A DNA stretch of 64,000 nucleotides, taken from NCBI GenBank assembly GCA_965227295.1, contig OZ245742.1, forward strand, positions 4,000,001 through 4,064,000, in the 5' to 3' direction. The notes beneath the pieces are model-generated. The model saw only the letters and a program-made list of their open reading frames with translations, was not told the DNA's origin and made no database searches. The first letter of the stretch is position 1. Every line of letters begins with the position of its first letter. This document shows positions 30,422 to 41,009 of the stretch, piece after piece. The translations under genes and the position numbers were made by a program. The stretch comes from Leptonemataceae bacterium (GTDB lineage: Bacteria > Spirochaetota > Leptospiria > Leptospirales > Leptonemataceae).

Positions 30422-33157
30422 ATGTCCCGGAAAACAGTGAAAGAGCCGTTGCGCATCCTGAAAACCCCCGATCCAATTTTCTGGCAGGCCGGTTTTGACG
30501 AGGAGCGTCCCGCTCCGGCCGCCCTGGAAAGCCTGGAGCGCGGGCGTCGGCCGGTTTCCGGTAGACGCCCCGAAACAAAGACGTCTGCTCCTGCAGGAGC
30601 GCCTGCACCGGCGCAGCCCGAAAGCACGTCCACGCCACCGGCCCGGGAACGGGTCTTTACCCGTGAGCTCCGCAACGTCACCGGAAACGTCCTGAAACAC
30701 CGGCCGTCTGCCGGGGTCCGGCCGATTCGCCGGGAATTGCGGCGCCCTCTGGATCCGCCGCCGCGCGAAGAATCTGAACTGCACGAGGAACCGCCGGCCG
30801 CGGCAGAGTCACCGGCGCCTGCACCGGCCGCGGAAAAGACCTCACATCCCCTGCGCCGCCTGCGAAATCACGAGGGCGAATTCACGCCGCCGAAGTCGTT
30901 GCCGCCGGGTGCCGAACGCCCCTGGCTCCGGTCCATCCGCAAGGAGACGACTCCGGATGCGCCGGATACAAAGTCCGCTCCGCCGGCGGCGGAGATCAGC
31001 CCGGCCCCGCCCCTGAAAGAAGAAGAAACGTCCCCGGTTCCGCCGGAGACCGGTGCCGCCCAGGCGGAAATATCGCCGCCTCCGCCGCTGTACTCGGAAA
31101 CGAAACCGGCACCACCGCCGGAGGTCGTCCTCCTGGAATCGGATGATCTCGTTTCGTTGCCGGAGCACGTTCGGGGGGCGGCCCGGGTATTACAGACCGT
31201 AGTTGTAGAATCGGAGTCGTTCGCAGCTCCGGATGAGGAAAAAGCGGCCGCGGCGGAACCGGTAGAGGTTCCGCCGCAGGCAGAACCGGACGTGGCTCCG
31301 CCCGCGGTCGAAGAACCGGCGACGGTCCTCGTTGAGGTGGATCGCACCGAAGTGGGCGAACCTGCCGTCGAGGAACCTGTCGTGGAGGGACCGCCCGAGC
31401 CGGAAGCGAGTACTGTCATAACTGCTCCGCCGGTAGTCACCGCTGACGACGAAGAAGATACGTCCGAACTCCTCGACGATCCGGACCTGGACGCCCCGCC
31501 CATGACCGTGACCCCGGTGGTGGCTGCGGTTCCGACGGCCGAAGCAATTGTAGAGGAATCGGACGGGGGCGATGATCCCGCGCAACCGAAGACTCAGTCT
31601 GAGGCCTTCCCGGACGAGGGTCTGGACGAAGAAGAACTCCCGGAAGAATCCTCCAGCCTCAAAGACGAGTTCTTCGACGAAATTCGCAAGGGCGACAGCG
31701 ACGATGATCTCGGTGATATAGTCATGAGCAAACCCGCGTCGGCAGGACCGACTCCCGGGCGCGATACATCCGATCCCTTCGATGTTGCCGATGACGATCC
31801 GATCTTTCTGAGCCCGCTCGAAAACGAAAATGATATCGAGGACGATTTCGTAGCCGGGTCGCCCAGGGCGAAGGGCGATGCGCCGGACATGGAAGAGTTT
31901 CTCGAAGTGGATTCCGGCCTGGATCTGGAGCTCGGCCTCGACCAAAAAATCGACGAACACATTCGCGAGAGCCTGTCGGAACCATCCCCCGGGGCGACAC
32001 AATCGGCCCGGACGCCGGAGGGCAGTGAAGAAGAGGACATCCTCCTCGATGACTCCGAACTGGCCGACCACATTCTGCACGAGGAGTCGGGTCCCGTGCC
32101 CGAAGCCGTACCTGTCGTTGAAACCCGGTCTTCGCAAGATGCGCAGGAACCGGAGCAATCAGAAGAGTCGGAAGGACCGGAGGCCACCGCCGCAGCGCAG
32201 TCGGGGGTCGCCTCCGTGCCCGTTGCCCGGCCGTCCGGCGAACCGCGCATCAGCGACAGGCTGCTGGCGGAGACAGACTCCCCGCTGCCGGACAACACCA
32301 CGATCACGCTCCAGAAGCTGTATACGAAACGCCGCATTGAATCGACGGACTTTCATGAAATCCTGGACCTCGTTCTCGAAAAGAGCCGGGCGGACGCGCT
32401 GGCCTTTCTGTTGCTGGATTCCATGCAAATGGTCTTCCGTACGCTTGTAGGGCGCGGGCTCGACGAAGCCTCCGAACGCAATCTCTACATCGGCATCGAC
32501 GATCAGTACGTCGGCAGCGAATCGCACTTCCAGACGATTCGTTTTAACAGCGACGCCATGCGCGAGGACTTCCACTTCAAGAAGCGTTTCAGCACGGACT
32601 TCTTCGAACGCATGGACGGTCTGTACATCATCAACCTGCACCCGTCCGGACTTCCCGGGTTCCTGGTCCTGGCCTATGAAGACCTGAATCGCCTGGCCGA
32701 AAACGTACTGGAGATTACGTTGCCGCCGATCATGCGCGACGTGCTTCCGGTACTGAACCGCTACCGTACGATTGCCTGGGAACCGGAGCATCAATCCGCG
32801 GTGGACTCAAGCATCGTGGACGAAATCTACAAGTTACTCAAGCACGTCTCCCGCAGCGGACGCGACGAACTGTGCGTCATCCATCTGCGTTTTCCGGGGC
32901 TCTTGCAACAGAGCGCCTGGCGCACCCGGTTGGCCCGCATCGCCGAGTCGTTGTCCACCGCCATCGGTCCCGGTGAGAAATTGATCCGCGCCACGCCCGA
33001 GCGCCTCATTTTAGTTTTGAAAGAAACCTCGCCGGACAGCGTCATCGGCGCGGCCCGGGAGAGCGCCGGAAACTGGGGCCAGGGCCTCAAGCATAGAATC
33101 CTGAGATATCCGGAGTCCGGCAGGAACTTCTACAACTACATTGCTCCGGGACTCTAA
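30422..33157 (+). CDS. Hypothetical protein: long Pro/Glu/Asp-rich disordered region plus a globular C-terminus
   Basis: 911-aa ORF whose stop overlaps the next start; composition. Confidence 0.7.
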   Translation: MSRKTVKEPLRILKTPDPIFWQAGFDEERPAPAALESLERGRRPVSGRRPETKTSAPAGAPAPAQPESTSTPPARERVFTRELRNVTGNVLKHRPSAGVRPIRRELRRPLDPPPREESELHEEPPAAAESPAPAPAAEKTSHPLRRLRNHEGEFTPPKSLPPGAERPWLRSIRKETTPDAPDTKSAPPAAEISPAPPLKEEETSPVPPETGAAQAEISPPPPLYSETKPAPPPEVVLLESDDLVSLPEHVRGAARVLQTVVVESESFAAPDEEKAAAAEPVEVPPQAEPDVAPPAVEEPATVLVEVDRTEVGEPAVEEPVVEGPPEPEASTVITAPPVVTADDEEDTSELLDDPDLDAPPMTVTPVVAAVPTAEAIVEESDGGDDPAQPKTQSEAFPDEGLDEEELPEESSSLKDEFFDEIRKGDSDDDLGDIVMSKPASAGPTPGRDTSDPFDVADDDPIFLSPLENENDIEDDFVAGSPRAKGDAPDMEEFLEVDSGLDLELGLDQKIDEHIRESLSEPSPGATQSARTPEGSEEEDILLDDSELADHILHEESGPVPEAVPVVETRSSQDAQEPEQSEESEGPEATAAAQSGVASVPVARPSGEPRISDRLLAETDSPLPDNTTITLQKLYTKRRIESTDFHEILDLVLEKSRADALAFLLLDSMQMVFRTLVGRGLDEASERNLYIGIDDQYVGSESHFQTIRFNSDAMREDFHFKKRFSTDFFERMDGLYIINLHPSGLPGFLVLAYEDLNRLAENVLEITLPPIMRDVLPVLNRYRTIAWEPEHQSAVDSSIVDEIYKLLKHVSRSGRDELCVIHLRFPGLLQQSAWRTRLARIAESLSTAIGPGEKLIRATPERLILVLKETSPDSVIGAARESAGNWGQGLKHRILRYPESGRNFYNYIAPGL

Positions 33158-33687
33158 TGTTTGCTCGCATTACATTTGTACTCCTGGCGGTACTGCTGAC
33201 CGCAGCGGCCGGTCCCGCGACGGCGAAGGAGGCCGGGCGTTACTCCGCGCTGGTCGAACGCGCGGGAGAACTGGCCCGGGCGGGGCGCTACCGGGAGAGC
33301 ATTCCGTATTTGCGTAAGCTGGTCGAACTGCGGCCGTACGATGAGCGGGCGCTGTATCACCTGGCCCTGGCCCTGTTGCATCAGGAAGCACCGGTCTCAC
33401 GGGAATCCTACGGTGAGGCTGCCCGGCTCTTACAGGAATGCGAGGCCATGCAGGAGCAAGTGCAGGATTTCGGACCCGCCCTGGGGCTCCGCCGTTTCTA
33501 TTTGGGCCTGGCCCTGTGGCGTTCCGGGCGGTCGGAACCGGCCCTGGCAGCCTTCGAACGCAGCTTCGCCGCCGATCCGGATGGCCGCAGTGACGCCGTT
33601 TACAACATGTTCGCGATTCACGATGAATTGGGCCATGTTAGCCGCGCCCGGATTCTCCTCGAACGTTACAAAGGCCTGCGCCCGTAG
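33157..33687 (+). CDS. Small exported TPR protein
   Basis: Signal peptide, LYHLALAL, FYLGLALW. Confidence 0.7.
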   Translation: MFARITFVLLAVLLTAAAGPATAKEAGRYSALVERAGELARAGRYRESIPYLRKLVELRPYDERALYHLALALLHQEAPVSRESYGEAARLLQECEAMQEQVQDFGPALGLRRFYLGLALWRSGRSEPALAAFERSFAADPDGRSDAVYNMFAIHDELGHVSRARILLERYKGLRP

Positions 33688-33714
33688 GCCTCACCCGGCG
33701 TAATTCTTTTATTG

Positions 33715-33779
33715 TTGACACTCGCCCTGTCGATTGCTAATTTTGTCTAATATTAGCAATCGACAGGTAAGAGTGCTAA
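33715..33779 (+). promoter_or_regulatory. Sigma70-type promoter with CIRCE (HrcA operator) at 33753-33779 and a second CIRCE-like site at 33715-33740
   Basis: TTAGCAATC-N9-GAGTGCTAA (1 mismatch to TTAGCACTC-N9-GAGTGCTAA); TTGACA at 33715 with TAATTT 17 bp later; directly upstream of hrcA. Confidence 0.92.
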
Positions 33780-33863
33780 TAAATCGGTAAAATAATTCGT
33801 CAGATTGGACATAATTTCAGGAACATGTGGATAAGCTGCGGATAAAACCGCAGATTTTTGCAT

Positions 33864-34919
33864 ATGGCGAGGCGCAAGAGCAACAGCAACGAGTCGGAAA
33901 TCACCGATCGGCAGGCGGAAGTGTTGAATATGGTCGTGAGCGGCTTCATTCACCAGTCCCAGCCGGTCAGTAGCTTCTATATTATTGAGAACTACGATGT
34001 GAACCTGAGTTCTGCCACGATTCGTTCCGTCTTCGCGGCGTTGGAGAAGAAAGGATACCTCTTTTCCCCGCACCGGAGTTCGGGCCGGATCCCCACCGAG
34101 AAGGCCTATCGTTACTTTGTGGATCAGTTGCCGCCGCCGGCCGTCCTCCTGGACGAGGATCAGCGCGTCATTCAGGCCGAGTATCTGAAACACGAGTTCC
34201 GCCTGCCGGACATCCTGGACGTGACGTCTCGCATCCTCTCGATGCTGACGACGTATGCGGCGGTGGTCCTGGGGCCGGAGCCGGAGCAGGCCGTGCTCAA
34301 GCACATCGAGCTGATCGACATGGGTGAGGACGAGGTCCTGGTCATCCTGGTCACCCGTTCGGGCGCCGTGTACTCACGGACGTTGTTTCTGGAGAATCGT
34401 ATTCCCGGGGACACCCTGCGGCAGATCTCGCGCCAGTTGAACGAAATGTTCAAGGGCATGGACCTGTCGGAGATTCGTGAGCGGCTCAAGTCCAGCATCG
34501 AAGGGGCCAATCGTTACTTCCCGCTGATTGCGAAGACCATTGCGGAAAACTTCGATTCGGTTTCCGGCGAGGAAGAGGTCTTCACCTACGGCCTCGATAA
34601 CCTCTACCGGGCCATGGCCGAGAGCGGGGAGCCGGGCCGCCTGCGGGACATCGGTGAATTGTTTCATCATACGGATTTCTTGCGCGGCGTGTTTAAGAAG
34701 GCGATCAGCCTGGATGACGTCGAGGTTGTGATCGAGGGAGATCGGGACGAACGCCTGGCCGGTCTGTCGGTAATCTCGGCGAGCTACAAGATGGGCGAGA
34801 AGCGCATCGGCAGCCTGGGCATCGTGGGGCCGAATCGCATGGACTACGTGCGCGTGATGAGCATCGTCGAGTACATTCGGCGGCTGACAACGAATATGGT
34901 AACCAGGATCAGCAAATAA
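33864..34919 (+). CDS. hrcA: Heat-inducible transcription repressor
   Basis: PVSS, LSSATIR, LFSPHRSSGRIPTEKAYRYFVD, GIVGPNRMDY. Confidence 0.96.
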   Translation: MARRKSNSNESEITDRQAEVLNMVVSGFIHQSQPVSSFYIIENYDVNLSSATIRSVFAALEKKGYLFSPHRSSGRIPTEKAYRYFVDQLPPPAVLLDEDQRVIQAEYLKHEFRLPDILDVTSRILSMLTTYAAVVLGPEPEQAVLKHIELIDMGEDEVLVILVTRSGAVYSRTLFLENRIPGDTLRQISRQLNEMFKGMDLSEIRERLKSSIEGANRYFPLIAKTIAENFDSVSGEEEVFTYGLDNLYRAMAESGEPGRLRDIGELFHHTDFLRGVFKKAISLDDVEVVIEGDRDERLAGLSVISASYKMGEKRIGSLGIVGPNRMDYVRVMSIVEYIRRLTTNMVTRISK

Positions 34920-34950
34920 CGTCGTTAAGTTTTATACGGAGTATATTAAG

Positions 34951-35682
34951 ATGGAAGGTGTGTCGGAAGAACAGGAAGGCAAACATCCCGAAGGCGTGGA
35001 CGTGGCTCCAGGCCGGGAAGAGCGCCGGGCTGACGAAGACAACAACGCGGCCAACGCTGCCGCGAATACGGAAGGTGCGGGCAGCGGAGCCGGCGATGAG
35101 CAGGCCCCGGCCGCGGACGAAGGCAGTACGCAAACGGAAGGTGAGGGCGAGAGCGAACTCGAACACGCTCAGCGTGAGATCGCCGAGCTCAAGGATCACT
35201 GGAACCGGGAGCGCGCGGACTTCGCAAACTTTCGCAAGCGTACGATTGTAGAACGCCAGAAGGCCGAGGGCGAAGCGGTAGCTCGTTTCACCCGCGAACT
35301 CTTGAACGTTCTGGATAACCTGGATCGGGTCCTTTCGATGAAATCGGATAACCCCGAGGTGAGCAACTTTCTTACCGGGGTGCAGATGATTCGCGAGAAC
35401 TTTATTCAGGTTCTCGGCAACCATCGGATTCGCACGGTAAACCCGGAGGGCGAGCCCTTCGACCCGTCGTCCATGGAGGCCATCGCCAAAGAAGACCGCG
35501 ACGACCTCGAACGCGACACGGTGCTGGAAGTCTACCAGGCCGGTTACGTCATCGAGTTTTCCGGCGGCGACTCGCAGGTATTGCGGGCGGCCCGGGTAAA
35601 AGTCGGCGTGAAAGCGAACAAACAAACGACGCCGACGGCAGACGAAGCGCCGGCAACGGATAACAACGCAGAGGAATCATAA
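34951..35682 (+). CDS. grpE: Nucleotide exchange factor GrpE
   Basis: RERADFANFRKR, LNVLDNLDR, FDP, YQAGY, LRAARVKV. Confidence 0.96.
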   Translation: MEGVSEEQEGKHPEGVDVAPGREERRADEDNNAANAAANTEGAGSGAGDEQAPAADEGSTQTEGEGESELEHAQREIAELKDHWNRERADFANFRKRTIVERQKAEGEAVARFTRELLNVLDNLDRVLSMKSDNPEVSNFLTGVQMIRENFIQVLGNHRIRTVNPEGEPFDPSSMEAIAKEDRDDLERDTVLEVYQAGYVIEFSGGDSQVLRAARVKVGVKANKQTTPTADEAPATDNNAEES

Positions 35683-35768
35683 CGGAGCATCATTCGGAGC
35701 GGCGAAACTTCCGAAAAACACGGAGCGGCGTCCGAGTCAGCGAATCTTGAAGAATTGAGGAAATAAAC

Positions 35769-37706
35769 ATGGCACAAGAAAAGATTATCGGTATCGACCT
35801 GGGAACCACGAACTCCTGCGTGGCGGTCATGGAAGGCGGCGAGCCTGTCGTCATTCAAAACGCCGAGGGCGCCCGGACTACTCCGTCCATCGTGGCGTTC
35901 GCGGACGGCAACCGTCTCGTGGGCCAGATCGCGAAGAACCAGGCCATCACGAATCCGGGAAACACGGTTCGTTCCATCAAACGTTTCATGGGCATGCGCT
36001 TCTCCGAGGCGGAGAGCGAGATGGCCAAAGTCTCGTACAAGGTGGTTCGTTCCGGTTCCGACGGACTGAAAGTCGAAACGGATCAGGGCAGCCATACGCC
36101 CCAGGAAATCTCGGCGATCACGCTTCAAAAAATGAAGCAGACTGCCGAAGACTATCTCGGCCACCCGGTTACGAAGGCCGTGGTCACCGTACCCGCCTAC
36201 TTCAACGACGAGCAACGCCAGGCGACGAAAGACGCTGGCCGCATTGCCGGTCTTGAAGTCGAGCGGATCATCAACGAGCCCACCGCGGCCGCTCTGGCCT
36301 ACGGCCTGGATCGCAAGAATCAGAACATGAAGATTGCGGTCTATGACCTGGGCGGCGGCACGTTCGACATCTCTGTCCTGGAACTGGGCGACGGCGTCTT
36401 CGAAGTGAAGTCCACCAACGGTGACACGCACTTAGGCGGCGACGACTTCGACCAGGCCGTGATGGACTGGATGGTGGAAGAGTTCAAAAAAGAGAGCGGC
36501 ATCGACATCGGTAAAGATCGCATGGCGTTGCAGCGTCTGAAAGAAGCGGCCGAGAAGGCGAAGATCGAACTCTCCGGCACGACCCAATCGCAGATCAACA
36601 TTCCATTTGTGACTGCGGATCAGAGCGGGCCGAAACACCTGAACATGACGCTGAGTCGCGCGAAGTTCGACCAGCTCACGAAGTCCCTGGTTGATCGCAC
36701 GCGCATTCCCTGCGAGAACGCGATTAAGGACGCCGGTCTTTCGGCGAGCGAGATCGACGAGGTCATTCTCGTGGGCGGTTCCACCCGGATTCCCGCGGTG
36801 CAGGAGCTCGTGAAGAACGTCTTCGGTCGTGAGCCGAACAAAGGCGTAAACCCGGATGAGGTTGTGGCCATTGGTGCGGCGATTCAGGGCGGCGTTCTCG
36901 CCGGTGAGGTGAGCGACGTTCTGCTGCTGGATGTTACGCCGTTGTCTCTGGGGATCGAAACCCTGGGCGGCGTGTTTACGAAGCTGATCGAACGCAACAC
37001 CACGATCCCGACGCGCAAGTCGCAGATCTTCTCCACGGCCGCGGACAATCAGACTGCCGTATCCGTACACGTGCTGCAGGGCGAACGTGAAATGTCCCGG
37101 GACAACCGGACGCTCGCGCGCTTCGACCTGGTCGGCATTCCATCGGCCCCGCGCGGTGTGCCGCAGATCGAGGTAACTTTCGATATCGACGCGAACGGCA
37201 TCGTGCATGTGTCGGCGAAGGACCTGGGCACCGGCAAAGAACAGAAGATTCGCGTGGAATCTTCGAGTGGCCTCTCGGAGGACGAGATCAACAAAATGGT
37301 CAAGGACGCCGAGGCCAACGCCGCGAAGGATCAGGCCGAACGCGAAACGGCCGAAGCCCGCAACGAAGCGGACAACCTGGCATATACGCTCGAGAAAGCC
37401 GTGGCAGACGCCGGTGATGCCGCCGATGCCGCGGACAAAGAGCAGGCCGAAGAAGTGATCAAACGCACGCGGGAGGCACTGGACTCCGGTGACAAGGATC
37501 GCATCATTGCGGCGCGGGATGAAATCCGCAACGCGGCTATGGAACTCGGCCAGAAGCTGGCCGCCGCGGCCGGACCGCAACCGGGAGCCGAAGGCGCCCC
37601 GGGCGGCGGCGAAGCGGGCCCCGACGGCTCCGGTCAATCGGAAGGCGAGGGATCCGAGAAGGTCGTAGACGCGGATTATACCGTCGTGGACGACGAGAAG
37701 AAGTGA
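35769..37706 (+). CDS. dnaK: Molecular chaperone DnaK
   Basis: [34 protein letters not shown]. Confidence 0.99.
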   Translation: MAQEKIIGIDLGTTNSCVAVMEGGEPVVIQNAEGARTTPSIVAFADGNRLVGQIAKNQAITNPGNTVRSIKRFMGMRFSEAESEMAKVSYKVVRSGSDGLKVETDQGSHTPQEISAITLQKMKQTAEDYLGHPVTKAVVTVPAYFNDEQRQATKDAGRIAGLEVERIINEPTAAALAYGLDRKNQNMKIAVYDLGGGTFDISVLELGDGVFEVKSTNGDTHLGGDDFDQAVMDWMVEEFKKESGIDIGKDRMALQRLKEAAEKAKIELSGTTQSQINIPFVTADQSGPKHLNMTLSRAKFDQLTKSLVDRTRIPCENAIKDAGLSASEIDEVILVGGSTRIPAVQELVKNVFGREPNKGVNPDEVVAIGAAIQGGVLAGEVSDVLLLDVTPLSLGIETLGGVFTKLIERNTTIPTRKSQIFSTAADNQTAVSVHVLQGEREMSRDNRTLARFDLVGIPSAPRGVPQIEVTFDIDANGIVHVSAKDLGTGKEQKIRVESSSGLSEDEINKMVKDAEANAAKDQAERETAEARNEADNLAYTLEKAVADAGDAADAADKEQAEEVIKRTREALDSGDKDRIIAARDEIRNAAMELGQKLAAAAGPQPGAEGAPGGGEAGPDGSGQSEGEGSEKVVDADYTVVDDEKK

Positions 37707-37714
37707 GGTTGCGA

Positions 37715-37740
37715 GGGCCGTCCTCGAACGAGGGCGGCCC
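37715..37740 (+). terminator. GC-rich hairpin after dnaK (no U-tract; mRNA-stabilising stem or weak terminator)
   Basis: GGGCCGTCCTCG-AA-CGAGGGCGGCCC. Confidence 0.5.
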
Positions 37741-37770
37741 GGTGAGTCACGGGTGAAATAGAAGATAGGA

Positions 37771-37888
37771 TTAACACCGAGGACCGAGGTCTCCGAGATT
37801 CTCTGTGAGGGCGATCATGGTTTGATCACCTGTCAGCTATGAATACTCTCAGGATTGATTCCTCGGCGCTCTCGGTCCTCGGTGTTAA
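37771..37888. repeat. Family A element, copy 5 (118 bp)
   Basis: TTAACACCGAGGACCGAG ... CTCGGTCCTCGGTGTTAA, 18-bp perfect outer IR, between dnaK and dnaJ. Confidence 0.9.
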
Positions 37889-37926
37889 TAATCCTTTCCC
37901 GCAACTTAGCGATAAAAGGTACTCAT

Positions 37927-39075
37927 ATGGCAGATCGAGATTATTACGAGGTTCTCGGGATTTCCCGGGGCGCGTCGAAGGACGAGATCAAGTCCGCGTA
38001 CCGCAAGATGGCCGTGAAGTACCATCCCGATAAGAACCGCGGCAATGCCGAGGCGGAGGAGAAGTTCAAAGAGGCCACCGAGGCCTACGAGGTCCTCTCC
38101 GATGAACAAAAACGTCGCGTCTACGATCAGTTCGGCAAGGCCGGGCTGGGCGGTATGGGCGGCGGTGCCGGTTTCGGCGGCGCGAAGGCTTATCAAGATT
38201 TTTCCGACATCTTCGGCGACATCGGCGACATCTTCTCCGAATTTTTCGGCGGGGGCGGTGGTGGTGGTTTCGCCGGCGGCGGTTTCGGCGGCCGGCGCGG
38301 CGGTATGCGGCGCGGTGCCGATCTCCGTTACAACCTGGAAATTTCCCTGGAAGACGCCGCTCTCGGCAAAGAAGTAAAACTCGAAATCCCGCGCCAGGAT
38401 ACCTGTGATACCTGCGGCGGCAGTGGTGCGAAAAAAGGCAGCGAACCGATTACGTGTGACACCTGCGGCGGCATCGGCCAGGTACGCCGGACCCAGGGAT
38501 TCTTCTCGGTGACGACGACCTGCCCGACCTGTCAGGGCCGCGGACAGCGCATCAAGGATCCGTGTTCCGCGTGTCACGGCTCCGGTGTACAGGAAAAGAA
38601 GCGCACGTTGCACATTAAGATTCCGCCGGGTGTGGAATCCGGCAGCCGGCTGAAAGTTGCGGGCGAGGGCGAGGCCGGTCCCAACGGCGGCGGCCACGGT
38701 GATCTCTACGTCGTGACGCATCTGAAACCGCACGAGGTATTCGAGCGCCAGGGCAACGATCTTGTGGTGCAGGCGAACATTCCGATCACCACCGGCATTC
38801 TGGGCGGTGAGATCGAGGTGCCCACCATCGACGGCAAGAAGGTCCGTATGAAGATCCCTCCGGGCACCGAAGCCGGTCAGATCTTCCGACTGAAAGGCAA
38901 GGGCATGCCCTACATGGGCGGCTACGGGAAAGGCGATCAGCACGTGCTGGTTTCGCTGAAGGTGCCGAAGAATCTGAGCCGCAAGGCGAAAGAGCTCGTA
39001 ACTGAACTTCAGAAAGAGTTAGACGAAGTTGGGAGCGAGGCGGAGTATTCGCGGGTTACCGTTGGGTACGATTGA
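37927..39075 (+). CDS. dnaJ: Molecular chaperone DnaJ
   Basis: DYYEVLG, HPD, G/F region, four CxxCxGxG repeats. Confidence 0.98.
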   Translation: MADRDYYEVLGISRGASKDEIKSAYRKMAVKYHPDKNRGNAEAEEKFKEATEAYEVLSDEQKRRVYDQFGKAGLGGMGGGAGFGGAKAYQDFSDIFGDIGDIFSEFFGGGGGGGFAGGGFGGRRGGMRRGADLRYNLEISLEDAALGKEVKLEIPRQDTCDTCGGSGAKKGSEPITCDTCGGIGQVRRTQGFFSVTTTCPTCQGRGQRIKDPCSACHGSGVQEKKRTLHIKIPPGVESGSRLKVAGEGEAGPNGGGHGDLYVVTHLKPHEVFERQGNDLVVQANIPITTGILGGEIEVPTIDGKKVRMKIPPGTEAGQIFRLKGKGMPYMGGYGKGDQHVLVSLKVPKNLSRKAKELVTELQKELDEVGSEAEYSRVTVGYD

Positions 39076-39968
39076 ATTGCGGATTCTTCCGGTGGATCGC
39101 TCAAGGCGATAATCACTACGAATATGATCAGCACGGCCGCTTCGAGCAACAGCGTGAACGCGGCCGGTATCACGAGCCAGCGATAGCGGCCGGTCCAGAT
39201 ATGCGACCACGCGAAGCAAAGCCCCGCCAGGACAAACAACGGGACCACCGGGATATACAGGGTCAGCGCGAAGTACAGCAACGCGACGACGATCGGAAAC
39301 GCCGCGCAAGAGTACGCTGCGATCAATGAATAGACGTCCGCGCCGGTGATCCAACCCCATAACGATCGACCGCGGCGTGTCGTGGCCATGAGCGAGCCGG
39401 ACAGGATGATCCCCAGCGTAAAGCCGTGAACCATGAAGAACGTTCCGACCACGGCGTAGATCAATGCGTTGACTGCCGCCGTAGGATCCCCCTCCGGGTC
39501 TGCGCTGTCCCGGCTTATTATGGAGTAGACGCTGGCAAGCAGCGCGCTGAGCCAGGGAATGAAAGTGAGCAGGCGGATGAGCATGGCCGGATGCCATGGG
39601 CGTGCTTGTCGAATCCATCGAATCAACATCACAATGGTGGCGGGGGGTTCCAACAGGGCATAGCCGAGATGAGCGCCGAGTACGGCTCCGACAACGGGAG
39701 TGACGGTCAGGGCATAATAGATGAACTGTGGCATGAAGCTGATGAATGCCCCTGCGGCATGCCGTGCGTGCAGCGTAGCCCGCAACATTCCCACGGATAT
39801 GAGTGTGCCGGAGACCAGCCCGACGAGAAAGCCCAGGAAAGCCAGCAGGCCGATTGCGATGATGCTCGGTCCGACGTTGCCGAGTACACTCCAGGCAATC
39901 CGTCTTCCTGCCTCCAGGCGCGGCCGTTGCTCTTTGAGGCGTTCGCTAAGATCCTTCGTGATTGCCAT
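39009..39968 (-). CDS. Hypothetical multi-pass membrane protein
   Basis: About 8 hydrophobic segments; 3' end overlaps dnaJ by 67 bp. Confidence 0.55.
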   Translation of the reverse strand: MAITKDLSERLKEQRPRLEAGRRIAWSVLGNVGPSIIAIGLLAFLGFLVGLVSGTLISVGMLRATLHARHAAGAFISFMPQFIYYALTVTPVVGAVLGAHLGYALLEPPATIVMLIRWIRQARPWHPAMLIRLLTFIPWLSALLASVYSIISRDSADPEGDPTAAVNALIYAVVGTFFMVHGFTLGIILSGSLMATTRRGRSLWGWITGADVYSLIAAYSCAAFPIVVALLYFALTLYIPVVPLFVLAGLCFAWSHIWTGRYRWLVIPAAFTLLLEAAVLIIFVVIIALSDPPEESAIQSYPTVTREYSASLPTSSNSF

Positions 39969-40031
39969 GGTCAACCTTTTTCCCCTTTACAGCCAGGGCT
40001 GTGTCCTCGATCTTCCCCCGGGTAATTTTAC

Positions 40032-41009
40032 ATGAGTGCAAAAGTAAAAGTCGGCCTCGTTGGAACGGGGCACATGGGTCAGTACCACGTCAACGTCAGC
40101 GCGGGAATCGCGGATTACGACGTCGTGGGCATTTTCGACATCGATCCGGAGCGGCGCAAAGAAATTTCCGAGCGCTTCAGCGTGCCAGAGGTCTCCACGT
40201 ACGACGAACTCGTCCAGAAGGCCGAGGCCATCGTCATCGCCGTGCCGACGGTCCTCCACTATGAGTACGCCCTCAAGGCTCTGCAGGCCGGGCGCCACGT
40301 GCTCGTGGAGAAACCCATGACCGAAACCGTCGCCCAGGCGCAGGAGTTGGTCGACATAGCGCAAAAGAACGGGCTGATTTTCCAGGTCGGCCACGTGGAG
40401 CGCTTCAACGGCGCCGTCCTGGAACTCGGTAAGATCGTGGAGCATCCGCTACTAATTGAATCGCGTCGCCTTGCCCCGTTCAACCCGCGCATCTCCGACG
40501 TCGGCGTGGTCCTCGATCTCATGATCCATGACATCGACATTGTGCTGAACCTGGTGAACGAGGACGTGAAATCGGTGCACGCCCGGGGGACCCGGGCGCT
40601 TTCGGACCACGAGGACGTGGCCGTGGCCACGATTCAGTTCGAAGGCGGCTGCGTGGCGAACCTCATCGCGTCGCGGGCCACCCAGGCTAAGATCCGGCGG
40701 CTGAACATTACGCAGGAGAGCGCGTTTATCGTCCTGGACTTTTCGACGCAGGACATCGAAATCCATCGCCGCGCTTCGTCCGCGTATCTCATGACCCGCG
40801 AAGAGTTGAAGTACAAGCAGGAATCCTTCGTCGAGAACATTGCCGTGCATCGGGACAACCCGCTGCGCCAGGAGCACCAGCACTTCCTCGCGTGCATTCG
40901 CGGGACGCAGGAAATCATCGTCGGCGGCCAGGAAGAACTTCGCACGCTCACGATTGCGTCGAAGATCCTGGACGACATTAAGAGTACGCTCCAGGTTCCG
41001 GCGGGTTAG
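40032..41009 (+). CDS. Gfo/Idh/MocA family oxidoreductase
   Basis: GLVGTGHMG, HVLVEKPM, QVGHVERFN, LDLMIHDID. Confidence 0.92.
   Translation: MSAKVKVGLVGTGHMGQYHVNVSAGIADYDVVGIFDIDPERRKEISERFSVPEVSTYDELVQKAEAIVIAVPTVLHYEYALKALQAGRHVLVEKPMTETVAQAQELVDIAQKNGLIFQVGHVERFNGAVLELGKIVEHPLLIESRRLAPFNPRISDVGVVLDLMIHDIDIVLNLVNEDVKSVHARGTRALSDHEDVAVATIQFEGGCVANLIASRATQAKIRRLNITQESAFIVLDFSTQDIEIHRRASSAYLMTREELKYKQESFVENIAVHRDNPLRQEHQHFLACIRGTQEIIVGGQEELRTLTIASKILDDIKSTLQVPAG

Noticed and set aside
39009..39075. 67-bp convergent overlap of dnaJ with a membrane-protein gene as antisense regulation
   Set aside because: More simply explained by loss of a stop codon; there is no supporting signal.
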